Below are positions 62,215-64,000 of a stretch of 64,000 bases of DNA, one piece after another (the stretch's first letter is position 1; every line of letters starts with the position of its first letter). The stretch lies in NCBI GenBank assembly GCA_963733815.1, contig CAVTEG010000015.1, positions 464,313 through 528,312 on the forward strand, given 5' to 3'. Source of the stretch: an uncultured Acidobacteriota bacterium (GTDB taxonomy: Bacteria; Acidobacteriota; Thermoanaerobaculia; UBA5066; Gp7-AA6). The notes below the pieces were generated by a model, which saw nothing but the letters and a program-made list of their open reading frames with translations, was not told where the DNA came from and did not search any database. A program made the translations under genes and the position numbers.

Positions 62215-64000
62215 TCCGACCTCAGGGCGGTCATCGGGTCGATGCGCGACGCGCGGCGCGCCGGAAGGTACGCGGCGAGGAACGCGCAGCCCGCGAGCAG
62301 AACCGTGGCCGCCGCGAACGTGACGGGATCCTCCGGTCCGACGCCGTAGAGCGCGCCGGCGATCAGACGCGCGGCGAGCGCCGCCAGCGCGATCCCGGCC
62401 GCAAGGCCGCCGGCAAGCGGGGCAGCCGTCTGCCGGAGAACGAGCGCGCGCACGTCGGCGGCCTGCGCGCCCAGCGCCATCCGAATGCCGACCTCGCGCG
62501 TCTGACGCCGCGCGGACCAGGACACGACCGCGTAGATTCCGAACGCGGCGAGGATGAGCGACAGCACGCCGAAGAGACCCAGCAGCGCCGCGCCCGCACG
62601 CTGGGGAAGAAGCTGCGCCGCGACGACGTCGCCGTACGGGCGGAGGCCGGAGACGGGGAGCGTGCCGTCGAGCCTCCGGATCTCGCCGCGGATGAGCTTC
62701 GCCGCGGCCGCGGGACCTGCGTCCGTCCGGACGACGAGCGTGAGTCCCGACGACGCCACGTCGCCGAGCTGCTCGATCGGAGCGAAGGCCTGGGGCTCGG
62801 CCGGATCGGACAAGGACCCGAACCGATAGTCGCGCACGACGCCGACCACCGTGCGCGGCACGTCGATGGTGAGCCGGCGGCCGATCGGGCTCGAGCCCGG
62901 AAAGTAGCGTCGGGCCATCGCCTCGTTGACCACTGCGACCGGGAGGGCGCCGGCCCGGTCGGCGGCCTCGAAGTCGCGGCCGGCGGCCATCGGGACGCCG
63001 AGTGCGCGGAAGTAACCCGGCGACACGCCGCTCGCCACCACGACGGGCCGCTTGCCGTCCGGCGGGACGTAGCCTTCGGCCTCGAACGTCTCGACCGAGC
63101 GTTCTCCGGAAAGAGGTAGGGTCGTCGTCCAGCCCGCGGCCTCGACGCCGGTCTTGGACGCGAGACGGTCGGCAAGCTCTTCCGCGAACGTCGCGGCGCG
63201 GGCGGCGTCGTACCGTTGCAGTCCCAGGTTGACGTCGGCGAGGGTCACATTGTCCGGCCGAAGACCGAGATCGATGGCCAGGGCGTTGGCGAGGCTTCTC
63301 GCCAGAAGGCCGGCGGTCGCCAGCAGCGCGAGGCAGAGCGCGAGTTGCGCCCCTACCAGGACTCCCTTCGCGCGCGAGCGAGGGACGAGCGTCGGCGCGG
63401 AGAGCTTCAGCGAGGAGGAGATCGCGATGCGCGAAGCCTGGAGCGCGGGAAGCAGGCCGAACGCGATCCCGGTCGCGGCCGAGAGGCCGAATGCGAAGAC
63501 GAGAGTGCGCAGACCCAGCTCCGGCCGGAAGAGCGACAGAGTCAGATCGCCCCCCAGCGGCACGCGGGTCAACACGGAGAGTCCCCAGCTCGCGACGAGG
63601 AGGCCCGCGGCGCCGCCGGCGAGGGCAAGAACGACGCTCTCGGTGAGGACCTCCCGCATCAGGCGGCCGCGGCCCGCGCCGAGGGCCTGACGGATCGCGA
63701 TCTCCCGGTCCCGGGCCGCGGCCCGCGCGAGCAGGAGATTGGCGAGGTTCGCGCACGCGATCAGCAGCGCCGCGGCGACCGCGCCGGCGAGAAGGCCGAA
63801 GAGCCGGGCCGGAGAGATGTCCTGTCCCATTCCCGCGGCAACGCGCGCGGAGGGCACGACGCTCCAGGTCGGCGCGTCGAACGTCTCGCCGTGCGCCGAC
63901 GCGTCTCGGCGCAGAAGCGTCACGAGGGAGGCTTGGGCCTGGGCGATCGTGACGCCCGGATCGCGGCGTCCCGTGACGCGCAACCAGCCCCAATTGCGCG
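62211..64000 (-). CDS. ADOP-family permease, copy 12, 5' end off-window
   Basis: ORF 62211..63983, with the frame open to the window edge. FtsX modules [31 protein letters not shown] and [24 protein letters not shown]-term [10 protein letters not shown]. Confidence 0.88.
   Translation of the reverse strand, partial: RNWGWLRVTGRRDPGVTIAQAQASLVTLLRRDASAHGETFDAPTWSVVPSARVAAGMGQDISPARLFGLLAGAVAAALLIACANLANLLLARAAARDREIAIRQALGAGRGRLMREVLTESVVLALAGGAAGLLVASWGLSVLTRVPLGGDLTLSLFRPELGLRTLVFAFGLSAATGIAFGLLPALQASRIAISSSLKLSAPTLVPRSRAKGVLVGAQLALCLALLATAGLLARSLANALAIDLGLRPDNVTLADVNLGLQRYDAARAATFAEELADRLASKTGVEAAGWTTTLPLSGERSVETFEAEGYVPPDGKRPVVVASGVSPGYFRALGVPMAAGRDFEAADRAGALPVAVVNEAMARRYFPGSSPIGRRLTIDVPRTVVGVVRDYRFGSLSDPAEPQAFAPIEQLGDVASSGLTLVVRTDAGPAAAAKLIRGEIRRLDGTLPVSGLRPYGDVVAAQLLPQRAGAALLGLFGVLSLILAAFGIYAVVSWSARRQTREVGIRMALGAQAADVRALVLRQTAAPLAGGLAAGIALAALAARLIAGALYGVGPEDPVTFAAATVLLAGCAFLAAYLPARRASRIDPMTALRSE

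Noticed and set aside
59815-63993. A 1392-aa ORF suggesting a double-length permease
   Set aside because: The N-terminal 590 or so residues are Arg/Pro/Gly-rich nonsense, an out-of-frame read of ADOP-12. The genuine ADOP-11 starts at ATG 62214 with the family N-terminal motif, and ADOP-12 ends at 62211 in another frame.
37011-64000. A roughly 50-nt conserved block (gaagat.gc.g.gttgg.gccgatgcc.ag.gc.ag.gt) recurring every 2.4-2.6 kb, considered as a CRISPR-like or tandem DNA repeat
   Set aside because: The period equals the gene length, and the block encodes the conserved TM1 peptide [13 protein letters not shown] of each ADOP paralog. It is therefore coding-sequence conservation rather than a repeat/spacer array. 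There are no short regular spacers and no cas genes.

Overview
This is a 64 kb, roughly 70% GC, gene-dense bacterial chromosome segment. An acidobacterial-type PadR regulator, an adjacent ADOP-type duplicated FtsX permease and eleven further ADOP paralogs point to Acidobacteriota. From 1 to 24.8 kb the genes are housekeeping and envelope functions: an isoprenyl diphosphate synthase fragment, two Zn-dehydrogenases, a nucleotidyltransferase + GHMP sugar-kinase pair, an alkaline-phosphatase-superfamily protein, a kinase/M23-like/class-III aminotransferase fusion, a cysteine-desulfurase-like enzyme, tlyA, nadK and tamB-bamA-fmdB. The same stretch holds a tightly packed minus-strand block: amidohydrolase, coaE, BNR propeller, MoaD/ThiS-like, miaE, GT2. 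From 25 to 36.5 kb lie PadR + ADOP-1, a signal-peptide DJ-1/PfpI-like protein, an IorAB-like molybdo-oxidoreductase, DinB, a small secreted protein, an AraC regulator, and a sensor kinase with a sigma54-type response regulator. From 36.5 to 64 kb, msrB is preceded by a head-to-tail minus-strand array of 11 ADOP permease genes. One copy is decayed, one carries a single frameshift, and the last runs off the window. A single MacB/LolD-type ABC ATPase sits mid-array. Reading frames are flawless over long stretches (7.9-24.8 kb and 42.6-64 kb) but are broken by dense 1-nt indels in discrete patches (3.2-7.0, 25.0-26.5, 29.3-31.4, 33.1-36.5 and 39.5-41.8 kb). I cannot tell from sequence alone whether these patches are consensus errors or real pseudogenes, except for ADOP-3, which also carries nonsense substitutions. 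I recognised no rRNA, tRNA, CRISPR, transposase or integrase genes.
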